From the NCBI RefSeq assembly GCF_009914755.1, contig NC_060944.1: a stretch of 64,000 nt of DNA; one strand, 5' to 3'. The notes beneath the pieces were generated by a model. It made no database searches and was not told the DNA's origin. It was given only the letters and a program-made list of their open reading frames with translations. How positions within the stretch are numbered: position 1 is the first letter of the stretch; every line of letters begins with the position of its first letter. Position numbers and translations under genes: made by a program. This document shows, piece by piece, positions 14,438 to 28,394 of this stretch. The stretch comes from the human T2T-CHM13v2.0 reference genome, Homo sapiens.

Positions 14438-15188
14438 AAACCCTCTGCTTATCTTAAAAAAAAAAAAAGTTATAAAAAGAAAAAAATTAAACATTATCCT
14501 GCCCTTTCAGAGGACTGACATGGACTCTGGTAATCAGGTGAAGGTTGACCTTTCAAACAAATACTGACAAATAAAGGAGGAAGGGATGACAAACTTAGAA
14601 TATCCTTATCCTGCAACTTCCTATGAAATCATTGACTCAGGCAAGAATTATCAACTGTTGTCAAGACCAATAAATAGTTCATGGGCACTAAAGTGACAAT
14701 GTATACTCTTTATTACTTCCATTCTAGGTCCAACACGATTTTGCATATAATAAAGACAAAAACCAGAAAAATTTAGAATAAGGAGAGAAAGAAAGAGACA
14801 AAAGGACAGTAGGTTACATTAAGGAGTGAGAACAGGCTACAAACTGCCTGCCAGGAAATCCTACATATGTATTTATTTGGGGTGGAACAAACCACTGACC
14901 CTAAATGTACCAGCCAATGCAGAGAGAATGTGCCTGGCTACCTGACTCAAGGTCTATTAAGTTTAAAACAAACCCTTTCCAGCCCTTTCCTCCATACAGT
15001 AATCAAAGACACTCAAAGACCCTGAGAGGACCGTCCTTCACGGGTTCTCACAGAGCCACACCAACCTGTCCTTGACAACACCTGAGATTATACATGGCAA
15101 CTTGCTTTCTAGGGCGTTTCTTACAATGTCCTTCAATACGGTATTTTTCCAAAAATTAGTTCAATAAAAGGAATTCTTCTACTGGAGC

Positions 15189-15250
15189 CAATACAATACA
15201 ATACAATACAATACAATACAATACAATACAATACAATACAATACAATACA
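15189..15250. repeat. Pure (CAATA)12 pentanucleotide repeat
   Basis: 62 nt, uninterrupted. Confidence 0.97.
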
Positions 15251-15689
15251 GACATATAATTCTGATGATCTGGCCTAATCTGGGAAAAGATTTCTCAGTA
15301 TCCTGAATCCAAATCACCATATTTTACTCACATAAACCCTTGGCAGATTCCCATTTCCTAAAGGAGACTCAGTTTGGAATACATAGTTCTCAAATACTTA
15401 AATTCTGAAATTCACATGACATTAATGTCTTTGCAATAGATTGCTTTTTTCTTTGAAAGAAAAATACCACCAGAAAAGGCCCTCCATATCCTTGCTAAAA
15501 ATAGTCCTGCTGTTTTTCTTATTCCAATTAAGATACACACACACACACACGTGCACACAAACCCTTTATTCCAAAACATACATACCTTGTGTGCTCTCTT
15601 AACCAACAAGATACCTGATGGAAGGTGGGACCCTCTGAGCCCCAAAGAGGGAAACAAATAGGCACTAAAAGAGATCGCTAACATCATAA

Positions 15690-15800
15690 AGGCTAAAATA
15701 TAAGTAATTTACCCAAATTACATAAGTGGTAAATAGTGTACCCAGATTGGACCTTAAGTAGTCTGACCTCAGAGACCATGACATTACAACGCTATGCTCT
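15690..15800 (-). mobile_element. MIR fragment
   Basis: aagtaatttacccaaattacataagtggtaaatagt...gtctgacctcagag. Confidence 0.6.
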
Positions 15801-17835
15801 ACTACTCAGTGGTACTCCCCCACTCTCCCTCCCCCGAACCATGGATTCTGTGCCTGTGTTTTTGCCACATCTGGCTTGGAGAAGAACATGAAAATGGAAG
15901 CTGAACTCGCTTGCCATGTTTAGTGACCTATGAATGCTGCACAGCAGTCAAGGCTCATCCAGTGTGGTAGGACCTCCCCACACAGCTTATAGGCTTCAGG
16001 GCATAGAACTGACTATTTCTAAAGCCTCAGGATGGAAACAGATCTATGATGCCTGAAGATCCCAATCACATATCAAATCAAGACAAAAACAATGATGATA
16101 ACCTTTCCCTCCTCCTTTTCTCCAATGGCTTTTACTTACAAGCTAGCTCTGGTAAGACAAAATGAGTTCTGGGTTAGAATCTCAGCAACTCTTCTTACTC
16201 TTGCTTTATTTTGATAAAACAAACAACACTTCATTTTGGTACATGTTCTGGGAGACCTTTGGTCATAGTTTACTTTAGAGACAGGTAATGCAAGTGTTTC
16301 ATTTTTTTTTAAGAACAACAACAACAACAAAATAGCAAACTGTGTCAGTAACCTATTATTTCCAAATAAGATCTGTGTGGTCCACTGCCAAATGACAAAT
16401 TATACATATTCTGAAAAGGACAAAAAACATGTAAAGTTGCAAAACTTCTATTAGCAATATCTCTCCCCGAAAACCATACTCATTGCTGTTTAATAACGAA
16501 CGTTCAATGCTTGACTTTGCTCAAATAAAATTTAAACTTATGTTTTGATGTCAACTCAGCCTTTCATTTCTGCCCCAGGAGATATTACAAGGTGGGGACC
16601 AGGGGTGTGAGGCGGGTCCTGAATACATCCAGCTGTTTCAGGTCTTCACCTGCCTTACCCATGAAAAGCCTGGCAGTGGCTTGTAAGCCATCATCAACAG
16701 CTGAGTATGTAATATGCTGCCTAGCCTTGTCTTGTGCGGAGAATGAAGAGGATACTAAACAATCCGTTGAAAGGCCTTTGCCTCATGGAATCTTACAGTT
16801 TCCAGCTCAGTGTGTTTATAAAAAATCATAGTAAGGCCTGCCCTAGATAAGGAGCTCCCCCTTGACATCCACAAGGACTTGAAACAGGGCAAAAAAAATC
16901 AAGCACAGCTTCACAATTTAGCCACGCCGGCACACTGGTCCAAGATCACAGAAAGATGGAGGCAAAATCCCTTTTTCCTTTTTGAGAAGAAAAAAAAAAA
17001 AATCTAACAAAACTACAACTTGCATTACATAAGTAAAGCATGAGTGAGAGGAAAATTCAGAATCCGTGTTTTAGGAGGTGACAGAGAGAGATAATTTTCT
17101 TTTGGCCTCATGAAGCCCTTTTACTTTAATCAATCAAGAAATCCATTAAAGATTCTGCCACAACCCAGATCAAAACGGTAGAGTTTTGCTGTGAGCCACT
17201 TTACTGCCAAAATGCAGCTGCTGTAAGAGCAACCCACAAAGGCACTGATGGCTGCTGAAGATGAATATCAATGAAAGAAAATGACAGATGCCACATAAAC
17301 AACTGCCCAAATGAGCAAGTTCTAGCAAAGAAATGAAAGTAATACAAAATTAATATGCTTGCTCTATATAAAGAGAAAATGTTAAATTAGAAATAATTTC
17401 ACCTTCTCACAGTTCTCACTTTTCCTCTTGATTACTTGCCTTTGTCACCTAGGCAATTGCTCAGCCCAACGGTGGGCATGAAAATAAAAGCAAGCATTAA
17501 GAAATCAAATTCTATTATAAAAGTCCAAACAGGAAGCTGTTGCTGAAATTCATGTTCTGACAGCATTTCTGATATCAATTTTTGATTAATGATCTCATGT
17601 GTATGGGTAGTATAAGCTGCATTTTTTTTCGGAAAACTCTGTCTTTATGAATAAATGTGGTTTAATATTCCAAAAATGGCATGCAATTCTTTGAAACATG
17701 AGGCTTAACAAAATGCCAATTTCTAGTCAACATAGGACTACTATCACATGAAAAGCAAAGGGAAGAAAGGAGGGAGAGAGTGGGAACAGAGGGAAAGAGA
17801 AAGGAAGGGATGGAAAGAGGGAATCCATGTACAGG

Positions 17836-17889
17836 TATATACACACACACATATAAACACACACACACACACATACACGCACACACACC
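17836..17889. repeat. Interrupted (CA)n repeat after a purine-rich tract
   Basis: Seen directly. Confidence 0.9.
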
Positions 17890-19391
17890 ACTCCCCATTA
17901 GCCACTCTGCAAGAAAGCCAAAGAAATTAATGAGATGATTACTGGAAAGTGCTTTGGACTCTTTGGAAGAAAGGGACTATATAAATGGAAGGTATCCGTT
18001 TTCTTATTCTAAAAGGCATTTTCATTCACATCAGGATGAAACATAATACAACTAATATCCAGTCTGCTCACTTTTAAAAATGAAAATTAATCAAATCCCA
18101 AGTCTTTTAGAACTTGCATTGAACAAACACCAGTTCTCCATTTCCCAGCTTTAATGCTTATGTTATAATTTTTTTTAACAACTGCATGGAGTCACAATTT
18201 CTTGCCAAACTAATTTAATTTCAAATTTAATTACAGGTATACTTACATTCTGACTTTTGAGAATTACACTCTCATCATCAAGACAACCAACCAGAAATAT
18301 TCATTGACTAATATAGAGAGGCATGAAATGTAGTCCCTGACCTCAAGAAGTTTGCAATTATAGGGAGATAATACTTGCATAAAATACAGAAACTATACAT
18401 TAATATACTTAATCAACACTGTGGCTGGGGATGGCTGCCAGTTGTTCTCCACAAAAGAATTTTCCCAAAAGCCTAGGCCTTCCTTTACAGAGTCCCAAAC
18501 TGTTTTCTCAAATGTAATTATATTCAAGGGCAATTTTCCAAAAGTAGCAGCACACTTCCCCGGGCTGTGGAGTACAGCACACTGTCTCCTCTCCCTGGGT
18601 CTCTGAGTCATCATTTGGACCTCAGATGACTCAAGTGTAACAGAACTCAGTCCAGGTCTTTGGTGGGGCCTCTGAAGGCCATGTGGAGGCTGCTTTCATC
18701 CTCCACCAAGGAGTTATCAAAGTGCTTGGATTTGTTTAAATTATTCTACTTTAAAAATCAGCAGGTTGTCACTAATGTAAGCTATCTTGGGCCTGCTCCT
18801 CAGAGCTCCTATCTCTTCTAATTGGATTTTTGCTAATCTCCTGTGGGTTAGGAAACTTAAATCGAATCTTAAAAGTTGTTATGCACCAAAGGATCTCATA
18901 TGAGTGAAAGTCCCTAAAACATTCCAATACTTCCCAGCCTTTCCTTTACTTCTGACCTGTGCTCAAAGGACTTGCTCTGTTTTAGTACTCATCTAGTTTC
19001 TAGATACATGAAACTGTCAAATGCATGTATGTCTCATGTCTCTACTCACAAATACCTAGTTTAAGAGAATAAGAGGACACAAAAATAGAGAAAATAAGGA
19101 GTATTACTGTGGGTAAAAAGGTAGTATCTTTTTTCAACAACAGAAATTTCAAATTGTTTTCACCAGGAACCCAGACAGAGTCTTGACTCAAGTGACCAAT
19201 ACCTGCACATATTATAGTAACATGCTTTTAAGATAAATAGAAAATGCTGCAAAGAACTTTAAATAAAATTTAAATGCAGGTTGGCTTCAAAGTAACAAAA
19301 ATCAGGTTGGCCTAAAGTTTCTCCTCGGCTTGAGAATTTGGATGAAAAATAGAGCATATCTAAGCTTTAACAAAAACACCATGAGCACCCT

Positions 19392-19667
19392 GGCTGGGCA
19401 CAGTGGCTCAGGCCTGTAATCCCAGCACTTTGGGAGGCCAAGGCAGGTGGATCACTTGAGGTTAGGAGTTTGAGATCAGTCTGGTGAAACCCCGTCTCTA
19501 CTAAAAATACAAAATTAGCCAGGTGTAGTAGCAGGTGCCTGTAATCCCAGCTACTCAAGAGGCTGAGGTAGGAGAATTGCTTGAACCCGGGTTGCAGTGA
19601 GCGGAGATCGCACCACTGCACTCAAGCCTGGATGACAGCAGGAGACTCCGTCTCCAAAAAAAAAAAA
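19392..19667 (+). mobile_element. AluS with two short internal deletions
   Basis: Dimeric Alu lacking the ccaacatgg and gaggcggag segments of the consensus. Confidence 0.92.
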
Positions 19668-21058
19668 TATTCGCAATGAGCCTTACAGGCAATAAAGCTG
19701 TCATTTGAAAACAAAAACCAAGGTCATTTCAGGGATGACACCTCCATTCATCCAATAGATAAATCAAAATGAAGATGAAGAATGGAGGAACCAATGGTCA
19801 AAGGCACTGATAGGAAGCAACGAAAACCAGAAAAAAAAAGTATTATGTTTATTAATACAAATATAGTCTAGATACAAATAGAAACACTGAAAAAAACAGA
19901 CCATGAAAGAAGAGTGTAATAATAAATCAATAACCTCGGATGAAAATCCCCACACATCAAAAACTCAAGGAAATTCTGAAAACAAATATCCTCCTACATA
20001 CCTATTGGGACAGTTAAAAAAAATTTAAAAAAGCAATAATTATAAACTTCTAGAGAATCTAAATAGAAATAAAATGTGTAAGATGCTGCCAAATTCATAT
20101 TCAAAGGAAAATGTATAGCCTTAAGTAATTTCATTGTTATATAAAAAGCCTAAAATAAACTTTTTAAAATATAAAAAAGAATAAGGAAATAAGACATGCA
20201 GACGTTAATATTTTGAAACAAGATAAATATAAGATTTGAAGGCACAAACACAGGAATAAAAAAAGGCAAAACCTTTGATACATCTAATGTAAGAAAGAAA
20301 AATATAAATATATAAAATGAGTAGTAAGAAAGATATAGAATATACTTTCACGATAATATATCTTTTCCATATCCTTTGAGTAGTAATATTTCAACCTTGT
20401 TTCTTCTTTAACCCAGTTAGAATAAAGAACCCAGAAGCTCATGAAACCAATTGATTCCACTTTCCCCTGGAAAAATAAATCAACATGTAGAAAAAAGCAA
20501 AATGTCAACTCTACTTAAAATAAACAGGCCCATTTTGTCTATCACTATACATGAAAAAAATTAAGTACACATAACAAACAACGCTGATCATAATGGAGCC
20601 AAATTAAAAGTAATTTATAATTTATACATTAAAAAACAGTATCAGTGATTGAAAAACACAAACAACTCAAGACCACACTGAGGATATACAACCAGATAGA
20701 AGAGCTCTTTCTAAAAATCACAGACAGATTTCTTAATGGAATACTGACTGGCAGCCAATATTTTCCAGTAATTCCCAATTTAACACTTGGAAATACCAAA
20801 TTTTAGTGACCTAGGTTATTAACAAGTAACTGTTAGATAAAAGAAAGAAAACTCACAAAAATGTGCATTATATGCCCAAAAGAATTAGAGAAGAGACATG
20901 AATTGTTAATGTTTCTAGTGATTCTCAAGTAACTAACGAAGGCAGTTATTTGAGAATCAGTGGCCAAAAGCAGCAGTCTTCAAAGCGGTAGTTTTCTAAG
21001 GGCTAGAACAGTGAATATTCAGCATGGCTAGTTTTAAGGGTATAAATTTCCAGATCTA

Positions 21059-21348
<290 letters not shown>

Positions 21349-21722
21349 TCAGATCTTCAACTTCCATATGTACACTTTTCTAAAATGTGTCTACCTGAGA
21401 GGGCCCCTGCAATCCTCACCCGGTTCTCTCACAACTCCTTTTTCACCATTCTTCTTTCATTTCACAACAGAAAGACTTAACTGCTACCCATGCTAAATTT
21501 TCTACAGTACACTTGATGTGCCAAACAGAGAAAATTCAAATATACTGGAAGTTAAGCCTTCTTAATCAAGACCTATGATAGGACTTCTTCCCTTTCCCTG
21601 TCTTATACATATTTCTGTTAAGAATAAATCTAGTGATAGAATCTGGGTGTTTCAGCCTGTGTTGGGATGCTCTAAATTTAGATACATCAGAGTCCTTTGA
21701 GAGCAAAGCGAACAGGAGGAAC

Positions 21723-22405
21723 TGATACAGGAGCTCAAAAAAAAATTATTTAGACAGTTAGAGAGGGTAAGAGAGTCCTTGGCAAGGTTTCCCTTTTTAT
21801 TAAAAAGCAGCCCCAAAATCATTGCTCTTCTAACAAAAACGAGCCTAAAAAAATCGAGCTGCAAACATAGATAAACAAGCTGGAAGCTTGCATGGGCAAA
21901 TGCCAGCAGCTGTGCCAATAGCAAAAGGCTACCTGGGAGCCAAGCACATTCGACATGGAGGCTCCACCTTCCATTTTCTTTGTCAACCACATGTTCAGTA
22001 AAGGAACAAGCAACATGGTGCTGGCCAGGCAGAGAACCCATCTGCATAACAAAAGATTAGGCTGGAGTGGCCAGTTTCTTCCCACGCTATGCAAATGGCA
22101 CATCTAGTCCTAACCAGATCTTCGTGCACTATGCAAATGGCACACCTGGTCCAACCAATCTTGTGCTCCCTATGTAAATCAGACACCACCTCCTCAAGCT
22201 CATCTATAAAACCAACCGCATCTCGCTGTGAACCTAAAAGACCTGCTCAGGAGCCCCTCTCTGTCTGCAGGAAAGAGAGCTTTTCTCTTTCTTTTGCCTA
22301 TTTAACCTCCACTCTTAACCTCACTCCTTGTGTGTCCACGTCCTTGATTTCCTTGATGTGAGACAATGAACCTCAGGTATTTCCCTGGACAATGATGCTG
22401 CTTCA
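21723..22405 (+). mobile_element. ERV1 solo LTR, LTR9-family-like (683 bp)
   Basis: TG...CA termini; perfect 4-bp TSD gaac at 21719-21722 and 22406-22409; CCAAT at about 22155; TATA-like ctataaaa at about 22204; tandem ATGCAAAT. Family name is from recalled consensus. Confidence 0.85.
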
Positions 22406-25400
22406 GAACCACAAAACATGTTGAAGGCAGTTTCCTTATTTCAAGATGGCAAAGTCACAGTAAGGCACTATACCTAGTGGTCCCTCTCAAAGTATCCTAG
22501 CATTAGAAAACAGAAATGGCATAAAAATAAATATTAGCATATTTGTTTGAACCGAAGAGTGAAGTCCGATGTTTTTTAACAAAAAGCCTGATTTTTCTAA
22601 CTGGAAAGGCAACAATTAATTCCAGAGCGCCACAGTTTTCTACACACAAACACACACACACGATAAAAATGCACTTAAAGTCCATAATATAAAAATGCCT
22701 TCCCAACCTTTCCAGAGTATATGGAATTTAACAAGGTGCCCTAAAGTGTAAAAGCAACAAGTATGAGTGATAGTCTTCTGATAGGTCCAGGTAAAGCCTT
22801 TTTGGTAAACTTCCCAGAAATTGAGAAAGTAAATTATTCTAATGACTGGATAACAGGGCCTTTTCAGAAGTCAGGTGGTTTCCAATTCTTGGCTCTCAAC
22901 AAAATTAAAGGAGGACCAAATCTCAAGTTGCCAGCATATAGAGTATTAAAAATATTTTTTAATGACAGATCACATTAGCTTATTGCATAAAAACATTTCA
23001 AAGATTTGAGAACCACTGCTAAAGCAATTCTCCTTTCAATCTCCTCAACTCTTCTGCCTGAAAAAGTTTACCAGGGGTAAATCTGTGGCCCCATCAATGC
23101 CCTTTGGATAGTCATCCAGAGGTACGTGATTGAAATGAAGGGAAAGCCCAGTACATTTTGTTAAATGACATTTCTAATAACATTTTTAACGTCTAATAAT
23201 TAGTTATCAAAAGGTACAATACTTATGTTGCTCTGAAAAAATGTGTGCCACTAATAATTATAATGATAACCCACACTGGAGGCATTTTTAAAAATAATTA
23301 GAGCCTCACCGTTACAGGAAATATTTAATTACATTTAAATTTATTTGCATGATTTAATTGCAAGGGAATATAATAGAATGATCAAAGAAAAACTTCCAAA
23401 CACATTAAACAAGCAAAAATTTTATATGACAAATTGGATATAAAAATTCAAGGAGAAAACAGAATGATATAAAATTTCTGACAGTTTAAAAAACAGACCC
23501 TTAATGTATTTTTAACATTGGTGATGGTGGGTATCAAATCTCTAGGGTTTTAGATTCCACCAGATGCATTTTAAAAAGTGACATAAATTTTATTTTAAAA
23601 TATCAATATTTACAATCCACCAAAAATTCCATCTCATGAAAACAAACATCAAACTTGTGACAAAACACAGATACCAACTTATAAACAGTCAAGGCGGTAC
23701 ACAGTTTTGCAAAATTCCTATAGCAAATATGAAGTGTGAAGGCCCCTGCCCTCTAGTTCCTAAGCACGGCTGCAGCTTATAACAGGCATATACTCCAAGT
23801 TCCAGACTCAGTCATTTTTCTGGGGTACCCAAGCGCCCATTGTTAAGTTCTTCTTCAAATGTCTTGAACTCTGAATTTCTTTGTTTACTCTTTCATACTT
23901 GCATCCCAACCACCTAAAAGTGTTGGTTTTCAAACTAAAATGTCATTGGCCAAGGGTTAGAGATTAATTCCTTGCTCTCTGAGAACCTGTCCAAGCTGAA
24001 TATTTATCAGATACAGGAGATCAGATGGGGTGAACTTTGGACCACATATAGAGAAGCCAGGGGTAAGTTTCTAACTACCATGAATTCTTAGAATGACCTT
24101 TGATAAATCTAACTGTTAAAACTAACTGTCAGATGCTTCATGCAGGTTCTCATCTATTTAAATATAAATACCAAAGAGATAAGGACTCTTACTCTCTTGC
24201 AAAGGAGGCCTCAAGTGGATTAATATATACCTGAAAAAGCATTTCCAGATCCTAGAAGAAAGAGAGGCTTAACATTGGGACAGAAAGGATTTCTAGTAGT
24301 CATTTATTCTGGTGTATTCTCTGCCTCAAGATAAAAACAAACCAATTCCACAGTGAGTACAGGGGGCTGCACTGGTATTTAATCATAATAAATGGAAAGT
24401 CAAGAGCTTTTTAATAAAAAAGACTCTTTGCTAATGCAGTTTAGGTACATACCCTCTCAAGTCCTTGGAGATGGTCAATATCAGTCCATCATGCAGCCTC
24501 TGTCCTCCGACAATGAAGCATCTCACACACCTCTGAAGTACCATGTGCAGCGATTTCAATGGCCCCCTGTGCTATTCCTTATTTCAATTCATTTTAGCAT
24601 GTTATTTTAAAGCATGTGGCTATATCCACGCACATTCCTACATAAATACACACATATTTGCAAAATCTCTACATGAATTATCTTATATAATTCACCAACT
24701 AAATGTAAAAGAAAAAATCACTTGTAGGTCTTCCAACAGGAATCCAAAACACATGTTTACATATATGCTTAACATTCATTTAATCATGCATTCAGTCACA
24801 TCACATATTAAGTTCTAAATAGCCAAGGCTGAAGAAAGTAGTTCTATCTCTCCTCTCACTTAAAAAAAAAAAAATTATATGTGGAATTCTTAGTGAATAG
24901 ACAAATAATTCCTTCTTTATTTCTCTTTCTTCTCTTTTCTTCCTGAACACAAGAAATTTCTAAGAGAAGACAGAACCAAGCCCTTGCCTGTCTTGTTCCA
25001 TATCCCGTGTCTCAGACCCTGCCTGGCATGTGGTAGGCACAAAAAAGTTACTTGTTAAACAAATAATGCAATAGTGATCCAAATACAAAGGGTGATGTCT
25101 AACCACCACAGATTTTAGAAGTGCAGGACAGGAAAATAAGTTCACAATGAGCTGTTTTAAAATAAGTTTGTTTAGCTCATTTGTATTGAAATATAAATTA
25201 TTATAATGGGCAAAATATTACTAACCACAGATGAGGACTTGAATGAGAACCCATGGCTGGGATTCATTTCAAAGAAAAAGAGAACTGAGATCTGAATTCT
25301 AGTTTCCAGTTCAGCATGTTCCACAGCTTAGAAGTCACCACTCCATCCTAACAAGTAAAAGCCGAACAAACTGAAAAAGCATCAACTTTACTCAGATTCA

Positions 25401-25460
25401 TCAGAGAAGTGAGGTTACAAGGCAAATGGCTACCCCAAAAATGGAGAGATGGACAAGTGG

Positions 25461-25823
25461 TGATATGGTTTGGCTGTGTCCCCACCCAAATCTCATCCTG
25501 AATTGTAGCTCCCATAATCCCCACGTGTCGTGGGAGGGACCCAGTGGGAGGTAACTGAATCACAAGGGTGGGTTTTTCCCATGCTGTTCTCTTGACGGTG
25601 AATAAGTCTCACGAGATCTGATGGTTTTATAAAGGGGAGTTCCCCTACACATGCTCTCTTGCCTGCTGCCATGTAAGACGTGACTTTGCTCCTCCTTTGC
25701 CTTCTGCCACGATTGTGAGGCCTCCCCAGCCACGTGGAACTGTGAGTCCATTAAACATCTTTACTTTATAAATTACCCAGTCTTGAGTATATCTTTATTA
25801 GCACATGAAAACACTCTAATACA
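25461..25823 (+). mobile_element. THE1B-like MaLR solo LTR (363 bp)
   Basis: tgatatggtttggctgtgtccccacccaaatctcatc...ctaataca; 5-bp TSD agtgg/ggtgg. Confidence 0.93.
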
Positions 25824-27329
25824 GGTGGACACAGAGAATCAAAACTTACTGGAGCAGAAACCCACCAGCAGAAAGTTCTGCAAGAACCAGTACCAGGGTA
25901 GGAAAACCTAAACAGTAATTGACAAATTGCCAGAAGCTCCATGTGGACAAGTCTGAGAGCTAAAAACTCCAGGAGTGGCTTTTCTAACTCAGTAAGTTAA
26001 ACAAACACTACAGGAGGACACAGTCACAAGGGGAGGAGGGGGCATGCTTTTGTGAGTTTTACCACCAGAAGTCCACGTTCTCATGCTTTTGGGAGGCAGA
26101 GAGGAAAAGAAATCACTGTGAAATATGGCAGGGCATTCTGTTCTTGCTAACAAGGTTTGCCCTTGGGACAAAAGATTTTACCAGAGCCTAACCTGCTTGG
26201 ATTACATCAGAGCCCAACCTACCTGGGGTAAAGAAAATAACCCAACTTCAGCTCCCTGCAGCCATCCTGTCCCACACTAGGGTGATGGCCAGGGCAGGGA
26301 GAGGACACTGAGAAGCACTGTGAAGTTCAACAGGGGCACAAGCTCACCAAAAGACTGAGACCTAATCATAGGACTATAGAACACTTCCTGTCCCCCCACG
26401 CCTCACCACCACCTCACTAAAGGCCTGTTTACCACAGCTCCTCTTACCCAGTACATCATGACCACCTTTGACCAAACACTTACAAGGCAAACTAAAAAGC
26501 AAAACACAGTTTTGAAGAGACTGAAAAACATCAGAACCAGGGTTCCATAATTATGTCAGGAAGGTTGGAATTATCAACCAGGGAAATTTTTTAAACTATG
26601 ATTAATACACTAAGGGCATTAATGGAAAAAGTAGACAACATGCAAGAACATACGGATCATGTAAGCAGAAAGATGAAAAAATCTTGAAATAAGTCAAAGG
26701 GGAAGACACCTTATCTATAAAGGGACAAAGACAAGAATTACAACAACTATTCCTTAGAAACCATGCAATCAAGAAGAGCATAGAGTGAAAGATTTAAAGT
26801 TTTAATAGGGGGGAAAAAAAAAAACCCGGCCAACCTAAAATCCTGTACCCTGTGGAACTGTCCTTCAGAAAATGAAAATAAAGAGACAACACTGGAAAAG
26901 GAAAAAGTGAAGATAAAATTTTAAAGTTTATTTTCTTTATTCTTAATTGATCTAATAGTTAACAGTTGATATGCTAGGAAAGGAGAGAAAACGGAATCAT
27001 ATAAAATGCTCAATTAAAACCATAAAAGGCAGAAAAAGTGTGGAAGACAAAAACAGAAACAAAGAACAAGATAACAAGTAGAAAACAGTAACAAATACGA
27101 TAAATATTAATCCAACTATATTAGTAATCACTTTACACATCAATGGTCTAAATAAACCAATGAAAAGACATACATTTTCAGAGTGGATCAAAAAATAAGA
27201 CCCAACTGTCTATATAAAAAAAGCCCAGTTTAAATGTAAAAACAAATTATGACTGAAAATAAAGACCTGGAAAAAGAAATACCATGCTACTCTAATCAAA
27301 AGAAAGTAGGAGTAGCTGTACTGATTTCA

Positions 27330-27822
<493 letters not shown>

Positions 27823-28068
27823 CTACTATTAGAGAGTTGAAGATTTCCAACACTCCTCTATGAGAAATGCACACATCCAGTAGGCAGAAAACCAGTAAAG
27901 ACATACTTAAATTCAACAGTACTGTCAATTAAGGGAATCTGATTAACACCTATAGACTACTTCATCCAACAACAGCAAATTACACATTCTTTTCACTGTC
28001 ACATGGAACATTCACCAAGACAGACCATATTCTGGGCCATAAAACATCTTAACAAATGTAAAGGAACA

Positions 28069-28345
28069 TGGGCACAGTGGTTCATACCTATAATCCCAGC
28101 ACTCTGGGAGGCTGAGGTGTGAGAATCGCCTGAGGCTAGAAACTTGAGAGCAGCCTGGGCAACATAGTGTGACCTTATCTCCACAAAAAATAAAAAATTA
28201 ACTGGGTGTGGTGGTGCATGTATGTAGTACCAGCTACTTGGGAAGCTGAGGCAGGAGGACTGCTTGAGCCCAGGAGTTGGAGACTGCCGTGAGCTTATGA
28301 TGGTGCCACTGCACTCCAGCCTGGGTGACAGAGCAGGACCCTGTG

Positions 28346-28391
<46 letters not shown>
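28069..28391 (+). mobile_element. AluJ with a pure A42 tail
   Basis: Diverged AluJ body; A run at 28350-28391. Confidence 0.92.

Positions 28392-28394
<3 letters not shown>

Larger units (their letters stand above)
12040..14700 (+). mobile_element. Degraded old L1 (L1MC/L1ME-type) ORF2 and 3' region, interrupted by Alus
   Basis: A-rich L1-like segments, e.g. aaaatggtacaactcttatgaaatggaatttggcaatatct and agaagcaatagtaccccagcagcgatgagcac. Confidence 0.6.

Noticed and set aside
21652-22361. Overlapping ORFs with an internal peptide repeat (MQMAHLV twice)
   Set aside because: Reflects the 42-bp repeat inside the solo LTR; there is no gag, pol or env sequence.
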